Shown one piece after another: positions 16,960 through 26,734 of a DNA stretch of 37,689 nucleotides. The notes beneath the pieces were generated by a model. That model worked only from the letters and a program-made list of their open reading frames with translations, ran no database searches and had not been told where the DNA came from. This stretch comes from Candidatus Thorarchaeota archaeon (GTDB lineage Archaea > Asgardarchaeota > Thorarchaeia > Thorarchaeales > Thorarchaeaceae), in contig JAEORO010000214.1 in NCBI GenBank assembly GCA_016840855.1, forward strand, positions 1 through 37,689. Direction: 5' to 3'. How positions within the stretch are numbered: the first letter of the stretch is position 1; each line of letters opens with the position of its first letter. A program made the translations under genes and the position numbers.

Positions 16960-19826
16960 CCTGTATATTGAATTTCCTCTGCGATATTGAGCTTAAGTGC
17001 TCGAGACACAACAACATATGTTGCCAGGAGAGACACTATCACAGCAGTACCAATTATTCCTATTAGCAATGGCCAAGGTACTACGAGATTTACTGGAAGT
17101 CTTGTCCATAGCTGATTAGTTGATAGTCCCATGTATAATAGTGGTATGTCTTTTAGTAATAATGCAAGTACAGTTCCCAAAGCCCCACCTATTAATGCTG
17201 CCAGCAGTATTCCAATTGATGTATCAGCTAATGTCGCTACAATCATTGATTTAGTTTCAGCTCCTAATGCCCTTAGAACGGAAAACTGCTTTCTCAGATT
17301 TCTGATTCTGACAGCTGTAACAATAATCATCCCGAATGTGAGATAGATAATCGAGAATATGACATTAAGTGTATACGCTCCAAAGATTGACTGTGTGGCT
17401 CTAGAATCAAGAACTTCATCAATCGATTCTTGAGCCGCTTTTATATCATTGAAACTTGATGGTGCAATGTTGTAGATGTCAGTCATTACTTGAGTATAGT
17501 TAGCATCTGGTGTGAGATCGATATAGAATTTCGTCACACGTGTATTATTAATCCAATTATGTAGTAAACTGATATCCATGATTAGAAAATCAGAAATATC
17601 TGGTTCACCTGGGAAGTATGTATTCTGAATATAACCTCCGATACCATTTGTCATAAGATCAACAATTGTGCAGCTAGTTTCATTATACCATGTAGGACTA
17701 AAGACCTGCAAATCAAGCAATGGAGAGTATTGAGGTATAGGCATACGAGTGACTGGATCGATAGTATAATAGCTAACTGGCTTAAATGTGGTAATGATGT
17801 TGATGCCATCATCTGATGAATCGTTTAGCTTTGGTATGGATAATTGAGGTCGGTCATAATATGTGAAATAATCAAGCCAAAAGGCAGTTTCAATCCAAGA
17901 GTTCGGTTGAACTCCAAATACCGAAATTGAACGATTGACATTTTCCCCTCCGCCGTAGGCATATGCATTCCAATACTGAACATAACCCATGACCTGAAGT
18001 ACCGGACTCACTTGAGCAACGCCGCTAACTTCAGTTATATTTTGAATAAGGTTCATAGTGACATTAGTTAGAGTAGGATCAACTTCAACAGTGATATCAG
18101 CTCCAGTTTCAAACAGGAATACATGTTTCATATGCATATCTCCAGTTGTGGCTGAGAGTGAAGCAAAAAGACCTGCTGTGAAAACCATCGCGATAAACAT
18201 TGTTCCAATAGCTTCAGACTTCTTGAACATCCGAGTTGTCCTTGATATGAGACGAGCGCCAACAACTAATGAGGGTCGTTTAATCCTCGATAGCAACCTC
18301 GACTTAATAATTGCAGTTCCTCTTGACAGCAGCCTAGTAAAGGAGTAAAGAAAGATAGCCATCATAGGTATAATGGTCATTGCAAAGAATGTTGATGCCA
18401 TTGTCGATAAACCGCCAAATGCAAACATAAACATCAACATCAATAGGAGATATCCTGAAACTCCCATAACTAGCATATCGATGGCTGGACTCGCCATTTT
18501 TTCTGATTCAGTCAGAATTTCTCCTTCAAGAACATTATGTGCTTCTGTGGGAGTCATAAGGAGAGCTTTGACAGCAGATGGCATAGCCACGATTAAACCT
18601 ACTATGAATGAAAATGAGAAGACAATAATTATAGCTGTGGGCTCAAGTAACAGGGTGAATCCAGATAGTTGGTCAAAACTGAACACCAGAAGTTCTCTTA
18701 CAGAACCAGACAGAATAGCCGCTAAGAGTCCAGTAAAAACTGCACCTAAGCTCCCAATAATTCCAGTAGTGACTGCACTACTTAATACCCAGAGGAATGC
18801 CTGTATTCCTGACGAACCTCTAGTCTTGATAGTACCAACATCTCTACGTTGTTCATCAGTCAGAAGTTTTGAGTTGTATTGTATAAGCATGACTCCCATG
18901 ATTATCGATGGTATCGAGAACGCAATAGCAACTGCTCGCACACTCATGGACCAAATAGCAAATTCATAAACTGCGTTTTGAATTTTGTAAGAATCGTATC
19001 GAATTATACCAAATGGCAAGGTTTCCTGTTCAATCTGTTTCTTTATGTTCTGAAGGATTTCAATCATTGCTTCTGCATCATTTTGGATAATTCCCATTCT
19101 ATCAAACTTGACCCAGATTCTATCTTGAATACCGTAATAGTCATCATGTGGAAGAAACCCAAATGTTGAGTTCAGTGCTTCAGCAGTAGTAATAATTTGT
19201 AGATATGTGACTTCAGGTTGATTCCAGTACTGTTCCATCATGTAAATATTTGAAATGAATGTGCCAACAATTATGAATGACTTCTCTATTTGAATTTCAG
19301 ACCAATTTCCATCTGACCAATCCTCAACAGTTATGGATACTGTATAATTTCCACCTAATTCAAGGCCTTCTGAGAGAAATAGGCTATTCTCCACAAGACA
19401 TGAATCATTATCATAGGATAAAGTTCCGCTATTCAGATTGATTGCATCAGGAAATGTTTCAAATGCGGTACTATTTATTCCCAAGAATCCTCTTCTACTA
19501 TATCTATAATCTTCAGCATACCAGTCATACATGTTCACGAACGTTATAGGTTCTGTAGCAACTACATAATCCTGCGATTCAACTATCTCTCTAATTTCAT
19601 CAAAAGATGTCGAGCTGGGATTAGAGAAGTTTTGAATATAGAATTGATAACCTAATGAAACCTCCATATCAATTGGTACATCCGCAGTCATGTCGTTAAG
19701 GACAGTTGGGGCGGTGGAGTCCATGTAGAATAGAATTCCACCAAGAACTCCACTTGATAATGAAAAAATCAAGAGTGTTGTCAGAACTTCAGGGGCTCGC
19801 GCAGATAAACGTGCGAATAGAAACAA
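16956..19826 (-). CDS. FtsX/MacB-like ABC permease (duplicated architecture)
   Basis: QRRDVGTIKTRG and LRKQFSVLRALGA coupling motifs; two large extracytoplasmic domains. Confidence 0.88.
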   Translation of the reverse strand: MFLFARLSARAPEVLTTLLIFSLSSGVLGGILFYMDSTAPTVLNDMTADVPIDMEVSLGYQFYIQNFSNPSSTSFDEIREIVESQDYVVATEPITFVNMYDWYAEDYRYSRRGFLGINSTAFETFPDAINLNSGTLSYDNDSCLVENSLFLSEGLELGGNYTVSITVEDWSDGNWSEIQIEKSFIIVGTFISNIYMMEQYWNQPEVTYLQIITTAEALNSTFGFLPHDDYYGIQDRIWVKFDRMGIIQNDAEAMIEILQNIKKQIEQETLPFGIIRYDSYKIQNAVYEFAIWSMSVRAVAIAFSIPSIIMGVMLIQYNSKLLTDEQRRDVGTIKTRGSSGIQAFLWVLSSAVTTGIIGSLGAVFTGLLAAILSGSVRELLVFSFDQLSGFTLLLEPTAIIIVFSFSFIVGLIVAMPSAVKALLMTPTEAHNVLEGEILTESEKMASPAIDMLVMGVSGYLLLMLMFMFAFGGLSTMASTFFAMTIIPMMAIFLYSFTRLLSRGTAIIKSRLLSRIKRPSLVVGARLISRTTRMFKKSEAIGTMFIAMVFTAGLFASLSATTGDMHMKHVFLFETGADITVEVDPTLTNVTMNLIQNITEVSGVAQVSPVLQVMGYVQYWNAYAYGGGENVNRSISVFGVQPNSWIETAFWLDYFTYYDRPQLSIPKLNDSSDDGINIITTFKPVSYYTIDPVTRMPIPQYSPLLDLQVFSPTWYNETSCTIVDLMTNGIGGYIQNTYFPGEPDISDFLIMDISLLHNWINNTRVTKFYIDLTPDANYTQVMTDIYNIAPSSFNDIKAAQESIDEVLDSRATQSIFGAYTLNVIFSIIYLTFGMIIVTAVRIRNLRKQFSVLRALGAETKSMIVATLADTSIGILLAALIGGALGTVLALLLKDIPLLYMGLSTNQLWTRLPVNLVVPWPLLIGIIGTAVIVSLLATYVVVSRALKLNIAEEIQYTG

Positions 19827-22631
19827 CTACACGTCACCTCCATATGGAGCTGCTTCAGCCCATGTTGCATTCAATGTTGATGCAAGATTAATTCGTGACC
19901 CAAGCACAGCTACAATTCCGATGAAAATCACCACTGATACAATGAAAAACGCAAGAACCGATAGAATAGTGCTCCAAGGAATCACTGCAAAAATAGGGAC
20001 AGGGTATATAGTGTACCAAGAAGCCATTCCAGTTGAAGATGAAGCAATGGATGTTGTCAAATACATCGGAGCATAAACCAGTAGGACAATAATGCTGAAC
20101 AACATTAAGACAAGCATCTCTGCTCCTTGAGCTCTTACAATGACTCCAACATCAGCTCCGTTAGATCGCAGGAGTGCAATCTCTCTTCTCCTCTCACGTA
20201 CTCCTTCCAATGCATAAACAGCAAAGGCACCCATAATTGTGCCAACTGTAAGAACTGTCAACATTGTATCAACCGCTCTATCCATATGGTATGATACTTG
20301 GCTTAGATATTCGCCAGTCCTTGTAGTTACCGAATCCCAGGTCCCTTCCCAGAGTACTTGCATTCCTCCATGATTAAGTACATCACGCACAATTTGAGTT
20401 CCATTTGCTCCTTTAACAGTTGAAACACATAGAAATGAATCAGTTTCATTAACAATGTTGATGTGTGTGCTGAGGAAGTCACGATTTACCAATACCCTCT
20501 GCTGACCCACAATCTGATAGTAACTTGGATAAAATGGCGTTGGACCTATTGGTATTGCATCATAGTATATCCAATCATCTCTTGCTGGCATCTCAGGGAT
20601 AGATGTAACAATTCCAAGGATTCTGAAAGAGATCGGTATTGTATCCCCGGAGAGTTGAGTTGCACGCATGATGTCTCCGACCTCAAGATTGAAGTCGTTC
20701 GCAATGTCTGAAGATATTATTGCGCCATCTGGAATTGACGAAAGAGATTCTAACATTCCTCCCATTTCGGATTCATTCAATCTATTACCCAAATAGTGAT
20801 ACCCAATTTTTGAGTACTCAGTAGGATTGACTGCTAGAAACGTATTTCGTCCCTCATATCCGCTAGTCAGATACAAATCAATCTCTGACACTACCGTACT
20901 AGAAGCAACTTGTCCATGATCTGTGACATTTGATATGAAATCGTTCCAGAGATCATATTGCGAACTATCAAGTGCAAATGAAATGTCCGCACCAACACTC
21001 AATCTTGATTGGTATTCAACAGTCACTGGTAACGACGCATCGATGAGAGCACTGTTCCATGAAAGGCATATTGCCAGAACCAGAACCATTGCAGCAGCCC
21101 CGCCAGATGATGCGCCTTTACCAATTCTACGAATGCCTATGGAAGCTGATATTGGCCCAACTATTTTTGTCATATATTTTGATATGATGGTTGAGCCTCT
21201 CCTAAGTAACTTTATTGATAGACTTGCAACTCCAAGAAAGAGTGGGAGTGGAATAATTGGAAGGATCAATCCCAATATTGGATCACTAACGACCGTAGTT
21301 CCTCCAGTAGCTAGAGCGAGTAGAAGCAAACCAGATATCAACACAACTAGTAAATCCCATCTGATGAAGTTGAAACCTTTTACAAGCTTGGCAATTTTTC
21401 CTGTGTTTTCATCAACTGATTTCTTGGTCGAGTAGATCACTCGATACCCACCTAATGTCATCACTGGCAAGATAATCCCAACAAGGACTGAGATTATCAA
21501 TGATTCAATAGAAATCAGAAATGGCTCAGTAATCATCAAATTAAAATTAAAAGTGAAGTATCCGCTGGATGATATTGCTACCCTACTAATTCCTATTCCG
21601 GCGAATATCCCTATGATACAAGAGAGAATAGACAGGATGAATATTTCTCTATTTATAATCTTGTCAAGATCCCCAGTTGCCGCACCTCTTGAGTATAACA
21701 CACTTGACTCGTATCTTCTCTCGTTTACATTATGCCGAATTGCGAGAAATGTGACAAACACAATTAAAACTATAATTCCAGAAGACCTGAAAAGTTGAGC
21801 CATCCTGGCTACCTGAATCCAATACATGTATTGATTAATCGCATCTGCAATATGATTTGACACCCAGTATCTAGACGACCATGGATATTGTGGGTCATAG
21901 TAAGGGTCAAGCTCCCTTATCGCTTGCCCAATCCCGGAAACATATGCTAATGAACCGCCTGCGTTGAAAGGAGTAACTCTAGATCTATCAATATCAATGA
22001 AGACTCTGTGGTTTATTTCTGACATGAGATCTGGATTTACGATTGCGATACTATCATATGACCAATAGTATTGATTGGAAATCTCTGAGTCACCTTGTTT
22101 GTAAACTCCTATGATTTCAACCTCTTGTAAATCATAACCCCAATATGGAGTGAAATTCACAACATCTCCGATATTGAACCCATAATATTTGACGATGCCA
22201 TCTATTACAGCAATTTGCGAGCTATTTGCTCCGGGGAATGCTCCGTCAACGAGTGTGATATAGCCTGGGAATGTATCCATGAACTCTTGAGAAGGTGCTA
22301 TGATGTCCCCAAAAATTAAGTCCTGCCAAGATCCCCACTCGTCAGTATACCAATACTCGATACCTCCCATACTAGTTTGAATTGCCGCAGCCTTTGTGAC
22401 TCCATCGATGTTTTGGATACTGCTGACGTAATTCTGTATGGTTTCTCCTTCTGCAAACATTGCTATTGGTCCAACATCTGCCATATTATTATCCCACTCA
22501 TGGACTGAGTAAGAATCAACATACACTGTGATGCCCATAGCCATTGCAGACGCGAGCAGAAAACAGAGAAGTGTAACACCTTTGCGTCTTACACTATGAA
22601 ATGCCTCATAGCCTGCTGGTACTGCGGCCAT
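19827..22631 (-). CDS. FtsX/MacB-like ABC permease (duplicated architecture)
   Basis: ERRYESSVLYSRGA and ERRREIALLRSNGA motifs; two large extracytoplasmic domains. Confidence 0.88.
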   Translation of the reverse strand: MAAVPAGYEAFHSVRRKGVTLLCFLLASAMAMGITVYVDSYSVHEWDNNMADVGPIAMFAEGETIQNYVSSIQNIDGVTKAAAIQTSMGGIEYWYTDEWGSWQDLIFGDIIAPSQEFMDTFPGYITLVDGAFPGANSSQIAVIDGIVKYYGFNIGDVVNFTPYWGYDLQEVEIIGVYKQGDSEISNQYYWSYDSIAIVNPDLMSEINHRVFIDIDRSRVTPFNAGGSLAYVSGIGQAIRELDPYYDPQYPWSSRYWVSNHIADAINQYMYWIQVARMAQLFRSSGIIVLIVFVTFLAIRHNVNERRYESSVLYSRGAATGDLDKIINREIFILSILSCIIGIFAGIGISRVAISSSGYFTFNFNLMITEPFLISIESLIISVLVGIILPVMTLGGYRVIYSTKKSVDENTGKIAKLVKGFNFIRWDLLVVLISGLLLLALATGGTTVVSDPILGLILPIIPLPLFLGVASLSIKLLRRGSTIISKYMTKIVGPISASIGIRRIGKGASSGGAAAMVLVLAICLSWNSALIDASLPVTVEYQSRLSVGADISFALDSSQYDLWNDFISNVTDHGQVASSTVVSEIDLYLTSGYEGRNTFLAVNPTEYSKIGYHYLGNRLNESEMGGMLESLSSIPDGAIISSDIANDFNLEVGDIMRATQLSGDTIPISFRILGIVTSIPEMPARDDWIYYDAIPIGPTPFYPSYYQIVGQQRVLVNRDFLSTHINIVNETDSFLCVSTVKGANGTQIVRDVLNHGGMQVLWEGTWDSVTTRTGEYLSQVSYHMDRAVDTMLTVLTVGTIMGAFAVYALEGVRERRREIALLRSNGADVGVIVRAQGAEMLVLMLFSIIVLLVYAPMYLTTSIASSSTGMASWYTIYPVPIFAVIPWSTILSVLAFFIVSVVIFIGIVAVLGSRINLASTLNATWAEAAPYGGDV

Positions 22632-22646
22632 TTTCCTTTTCCTCCC

Positions 22647-23333
22647 TCATGGATTCTCTATCATGCCATCTCTCATTCTGTATACATGATCCATTTTTTC
22701 GCCTACTTCTGGGTCGTGAGTCACCGTGATTAGAGTGCCTCCTTCACCTTTTGTCAGTGAAACTAAAATATCCAGAATCTCTTTTCCAGTGTTATAGTCG
22801 AGGTCTCCTGTAGGTTCATCTGCAAGAACAATGACAGAACTTGTTGTACCAGGCGGTTTAGCCAGAGCTCTCGCAATCGCGACTCGTTGCTGTTCTCCTC
22901 CCGACAGTTCATCCGGACGATGCTCAGCTCTCTCCGTTAAACCAACAAGAGATAGCAAGTGATCAACACGGTCTTTTCTCTCATCTTCTGCAACGCCGCC
23001 GATGAGTAACGGGAGTTCTACATTCTCATATGCAGAAAGAACAGGTAAGAGGTTAAAGAATTGAAACACGTAGCTAATCTTATTCCGTCGGACTCTGGTC
23101 AGCTCCCCCTCATCCATGTTCGTGATATCAACTCCATCTAGGACGACTCTACCGTGCGTTGGTCTGTCGAGTGCGCCTATTAGGTTCAGTAATGTAGTCT
23201 TTCCTGAGCCGCTCGGTCCCATAATACCAATGGCGCTTCCTCTTTTGATTTCGAGTGAAACACCTCTCAAGGCGTGAACTTCAATCTCACCCATGGAATA
23301 TACTCTTGATACTTCATCGAGGTCAACAATCAC
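22647..23333 (-). CDS. LolD/MacB-type ABC ATPase
   Basis: [30 protein letters not shown]. Confidence 0.93.
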   Translation of the reverse strand: MIVDLDEVSRVYSMGEIEVHALRGVSLEIKRGSAIGIMGPSGSGKTTLLNLIGALDRPTHGRVVLDGVDITNMDEGELTRVRRNKISYVFQFFNLLPVLSAYENVELPLLIGGVAEDERKDRVDHLLSLVGLTERAEHRPDELSGGEQQRVAIARALAKPPGTTSSVIVLADEPTGDLDYNTGKEILDILVSLTKGEGGTLITVTHDPEVGEKMDHVYRMRDGMIENP

Positions 23334-23580
23334 ATCATTGTTCAGAACTACCCACTCCGAAGACTTTCTCGCTATAACCAGAGCTGAGTGCGAAGGCTAA
23401 TAAATTACTCCTTTGAAGTACTAAGAATTGTACTATTTTTCACATAATGAGAAATATGCGCACATATAATCAGTAATTAATGATAGGTGCCATTTTCAAT
23501 ATGTGGAATGAGAAACTTTAAGTTATTCTATGGATATAGAATAGTTAAAGATCGATTGAATTTCAGAGGTGTAGCTTTCA

Positions 23581-24222
23581 TTGTCTGAAGAGATAATGGC
23601 ACGTAAGTACGAATTCTTCAGTTGGCAAGGATTCACTATGGGAGCTATCTTGATGGCCGCATCACTGATTATTCAATCTTTCATCAGCTTTGATGTTGTC
23701 TGGATGGAACGTGCAGTTAGCTATGCCATATACATCATGTTCTCATCGCTCATTGTGGGTATAGCGTCAGGTGGCGTACTAGTCTATCTTTTCCCACCGG
23801 ATCAAGATGTGATTGGAATATCAGGACTTGGTAGTGATGATGTCACTCAGCATCTGTCACTTATTCTCGTTATAATTGCACTAGTACAACCTATCTTCAC
23901 AGGATTCGTGTTCTTTTACGAGTATTTTGCTACTGACCCGTTCATCTTCATCTGGGTTATGCTTGGATTTGCAGCTCCAAGTTTAGGTCTGACTGTTGCT
24001 ATGTTTGAAAGGTCTAGGGCAATAGGAGAAGACCTTAAGGTCTACTTTTCAGTTCATGAAAAACTTGACATGTCAAGCCTAGAGTGGCTGCATGCGATTG
24101 GTCCTCGAACAGCGACATACCGGATGGGTATGCTCGAGAGCGCAGCAAGAAGAGTTGATGGATTGAAAATATCAGGTCACGAGATAATACGAGAGCGCAG
24201 TCACTTCGCTGTCAATCAGTGA
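23581..24222 (+). CDS. Hypothetical membrane protein (4 TM plus soluble C-terminal region)
   Basis: Hydrophobic helices; GAGGTG RBS upstream; start is TTG 23581 or ATG 23596. Confidence 0.75.
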   Translation: MSEEIMARKYEFFSWQGFTMGAILMAASLIIQSFISFDVVWMERAVSYAIYIMFSSLIVGIASGGVLVYLFPPDQDVIGISGLGSDDVTQHLSLILVIIALVQPIFTGFVFFYEYFATDPFIFIWVMLGFAAPSLGLTVAMFERSRAIGEDLKVYFSVHEKLDMSSLEWLHAIGPRTATYRMGMLESAARRVDGLKISGHEIIRERSHFAVNQ

Positions 24223-24224
24223 GA

Positions 24225-24539
24225 TTACGGGGCATGTTTTTTTCGCATATGAACCTCTAAACCCAAATCATTCCATGCCACCCAATTGCATTTCAAGCAA
24301 CTAAAGGATACACTTCCAAGACCGAAACGTGGTGGAGCTTTTTCCTCAAGTTGATATATGGTACCACCATATCCGCTTCTCTTTGTTGAACTAATCTTGA
24401 ATCTCTTCTTAAAGCAGTCAGTACATATGCATAGGTTCTTTCGTGTGTCATTAGCAAAGGTGTCTTCAAGACTTTTAGCTGGTTTGATTGGGTCTACTTC
24501 TTTGCCACAACTTTCACAGTAATCTAACGAGGCAACCAC
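24225..24539 (-). CDS. Small zinc-finger protein (two CxxC motifs plus a C2H2 finger)
   Basis: CESC, CTDC and F-S-C-LK-C-x12-H-x4-H. Confidence 0.8.
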   Translation of the reverse strand: MVASLDYCESCGKEVDPIKPAKSLEDTFANDTRKNLCICTDCFKKRFKISSTKRSGYGGTIYQLEEKAPPRFGLGSVSFSCLKCNWVAWNDLGLEVHMRKKHAP

Positions 24540-24641
24540 CTCTTTTCATGTTCAGGGCATCCGTGTATTAAGAGTCTGGCACTTTGACGACTGATTGTCC
24601 ACTATTTGAATTCTCTGAGTAGCAACTTAACATCTTTGCTC

Positions 24642-25964
24642 TTAAGTAAAACCATGTCCTATTGTATTTTCAAACAGATGAGCAGCTGTAGAAAAGACTT
24701 CTTCAACACCTTCACCAGTGGTACAAGACGTTTCAAGAAATGCGACTGGATGAAGGGCTGCATCATCTCCATAACGTTGAGCTAGCTCTTCTGCAAATCT
24801 GAATCCTTCATCATACCCAACTGGTTCATCTCCCGAGTCCTCACCAGCTTCAGTCCTAAGATCGATTTTGTTTGCCACAATTACGAGTGGTGGCATATCC
24901 TCTGTTGATAGTGTGGCTTCTCTCAGCCAAAAATCAATGCTCTCAAAACTCCATCGATCAGATGCGGAATAAACTATAATCAAAACTTGAGCGTCCCTAT
25001 AGAACTCCTTTCTCTGCACTTTTGCTTTAACAGCAAGATCGAATGACCATACTCTCATTTCAACACGATGACTCTTGCAATCGAAAATACGACCAAAAAT
25101 ATGGTCTGACACAGAACCATCTTCCAGTTTTATTGGAACGATTTCTGCTTTTGCCTTCAGAGTTTCTTTTCCAACACCATCTTCTCCCAACAACAATGTC
25201 TTACATTCAACAATGGGTTTAATCTGATGGGCTGGGACCTCTTGAGTTTCTATTTCTTCGTCCAGTTGCTCTTCTTCTTCGATAGTTTCTGCGATAAGCT
25301 CAATCTCTTCATGTTCAACCTCAATTTCAGCTTCTGGGACTTCTTCTTCAGGTTCTATTATTTCACCAATCCTTGCAAATGATTTTTCGGACGCAACGAT
25401 TTCCTCATTTCCAGCTAGGTTGATACTGATTTCAGCTTTCTTCTCTACAGGTTTCTCCTTTGGTGCGCTTGTCATGAAAGTGTCGCTCAAAGATTCTACT
25501 GCTTGAAGTGCATCAGCTATATCATCAAAGTCTTCAACACTAATCTCGCCTTTCTTGTCAGCACTAACTCCTTGACTCTCAACAAATGTTGCTGCTTGAT
25601 CAGGAGCCTTTCTAAGGAAGCTTCTCTTTTTCTTCTCAGGTTTTTCAGGTTCAACTATTGATTCTGGTTCTTTCATGACTGGTTCTTCAGGAATCACTAC
25701 AGGTTCTGGTGCTTCTTTTTCTTCCAAAACTTCCTCTCTAATGACTCTTCTCGCTTTTGGAAGACCAATACGGTCCAGTACATCTTCAAGCACTCCAGGA
25801 GCCAATCTCTTGCCAAGGTATCGTATATATTTCTGCAGCTCTAGAGCGACATCGTCAAATGATCTCCCTTTCAAAGGAATCTTCTTTTTGACAACCCCCT
25901 TATCACGCACCTCAACATAGGTTGGAGTGAGCGTGAGTGAGATGGTTGTTCCCGGAATTATCAT
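24642..25964 (-). CDS. Rab/Ras-like small GTPase domain (degenerate) with long acidic N-terminal extension
   Basis: KTLLLGEDGVGKET, VWSFD, FYRDAQVLIIVY...SFESIDFW, VANKIDL, ETSC. Confidence 0.88.
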   Translation of the reverse strand: MIIPGTTISLTLTPTYVEVRDKGVVKKKIPLKGRSFDDVALELQKYIRYLGKRLAPGVLEDVLDRIGLPKARRVIREEVLEEKEAPEPVVIPEEPVMKEPESIVEPEKPEKKKRSFLRKAPDQAATFVESQGVSADKKGEISVEDFDDIADALQAVESLSDTFMTSAPKEKPVEKKAEISINLAGNEEIVASEKSFARIGEIIEPEEEVPEAEIEVEHEEIELIAETIEEEEQLDEEIETQEVPAHQIKPIVECKTLLLGEDGVGKETLKAKAEIVPIKLEDGSVSDHIFGRIFDCKSHRVEMRVWSFDLAVKAKVQRKEFYRDAQVLIIVYSASDRWSFESIDFWLREATLSTEDMPPLVIVANKIDLRTEAGEDSGDEPVGYDEGFRFAEELAQRYGDDAALHPVAFLETSCTTGEGVEEVFSTAAHLFENTIGHGFT

Positions 25965-26121
25965 AACCGCTCTGTATCTCCTAGCTAAACGTCAACAACT
26001 GACTTTTGTAGTATCTTAACTGTTTCGTGTGCAAGCCATCTGATGGCCATACTTCAATATAATGAATGAGACAGAAAGCCTAAAATCTTAGCTAGTAGCT
26101 AGCTGATTTCAGGTTGATACG

Positions 26122-26682
26122 ATGGTGGATGTGGATTTCAAAGAGTATGTTGATGTGATTAAAGATTGGCCTGCGCCTGGAAACGTTGTGTGCGACATCA
26201 GCAGGCTTCTTGAACACCCGAATATTTTTCATGAAGCTGTTGTCACATTGGCGAAGCCTTTAGTAGAACTTCGACCCAACAAAGTCATAGGAGTCGAACA
26301 ACGAGGTCTAGCACTGGCTAGTGCCATCGCTTACTATCTTGGATGTGGTATAGTCCCTGCTCGTTCTATTGCATATCTTCCTGAAGATTATGAACGACCA
26401 GTTGAGTATCTTCCCACCGATAGATTTGCTGATAGAAGGCTCGCTATAGTATCAGATTCTATTGATACTGGTGATCGCGTCGCAATAATTGACGACTGGT
26501 TGATTCAAGGGACTTCAGTCCTAGCAATATCGAAAGTTGTTGAAAAACTAGGAGCACATATAGTGGGTATTGCTTGTGTGATAAATAACATGAGCGAAAC
26601 ACGCAGGAAACTGCTTGGTCGACCAGAAGTTCATTCCCTAATTGAAAATCTGCAGACCGACATCTTACATCCTACGGATTAG
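26122..26682 (+). CDS. apt: Adenine phosphoribosyltransferase-like protein (divergent)
   Basis: DWPAPG...DIS, GVEQRGL, VAIIDDWLIQGTS PRPP-loop-like motif. Confidence 0.75.
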   Translation: MVDVDFKEYVDVIKDWPAPGNVVCDISRLLEHPNIFHEAVVTLAKPLVELRPNKVIGVEQRGLALASAIAYYLGCGIVPARSIAYLPEDYERPVEYLPTDRFADRRLAIVSDSIDTGDRVAIIDDWLIQGTSVLAISKVVEKLGAHIVGIACVINNMSETRRKLLGRPEVHSLIENLQTDILHPTD

Positions 26683-26686
26683 AAAC

Positions 26687-26729
26687 AAAAAGAGTGACCG
26701 GAGGCAATCTTTTGCCATCCGGTAACTTT
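26687..26729 (-). terminator. Hairpin terminator between convergent apt-like and fadD genes
   Basis: AGAGTGACCGGAGGCAA pairs imperfectly with TTGCCATCCGGTAACTTT; a T-tract follows on the minus strand. Confidence 0.65.
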
Positions 26730-26734
26730 CAATT

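Noticed and set aside
19824-19841. Two permeases in one frame separated by a single TAG (possible Pyl or readthrough)
   Set aside because: A strong GGAGGTGA RBS precedes the TTG start, which explains re-initiation, and each permease is a complete unit.
18373-21435. Long + strand ORFs (18373-18969, 20923-21435) and similar antisense ORFs elsewhere
   Set aside because: They are shadow frames opposite well-supported hydrophobic genes, with no motifs or RBS.
25981-25996. CTAGCTAAACGTCAAC as a third copy of the 16-nt motif
   Set aside because: Only a partial match, in the wrong orientation to the nearest gene, and without a TATA at the 18-nt spacing.
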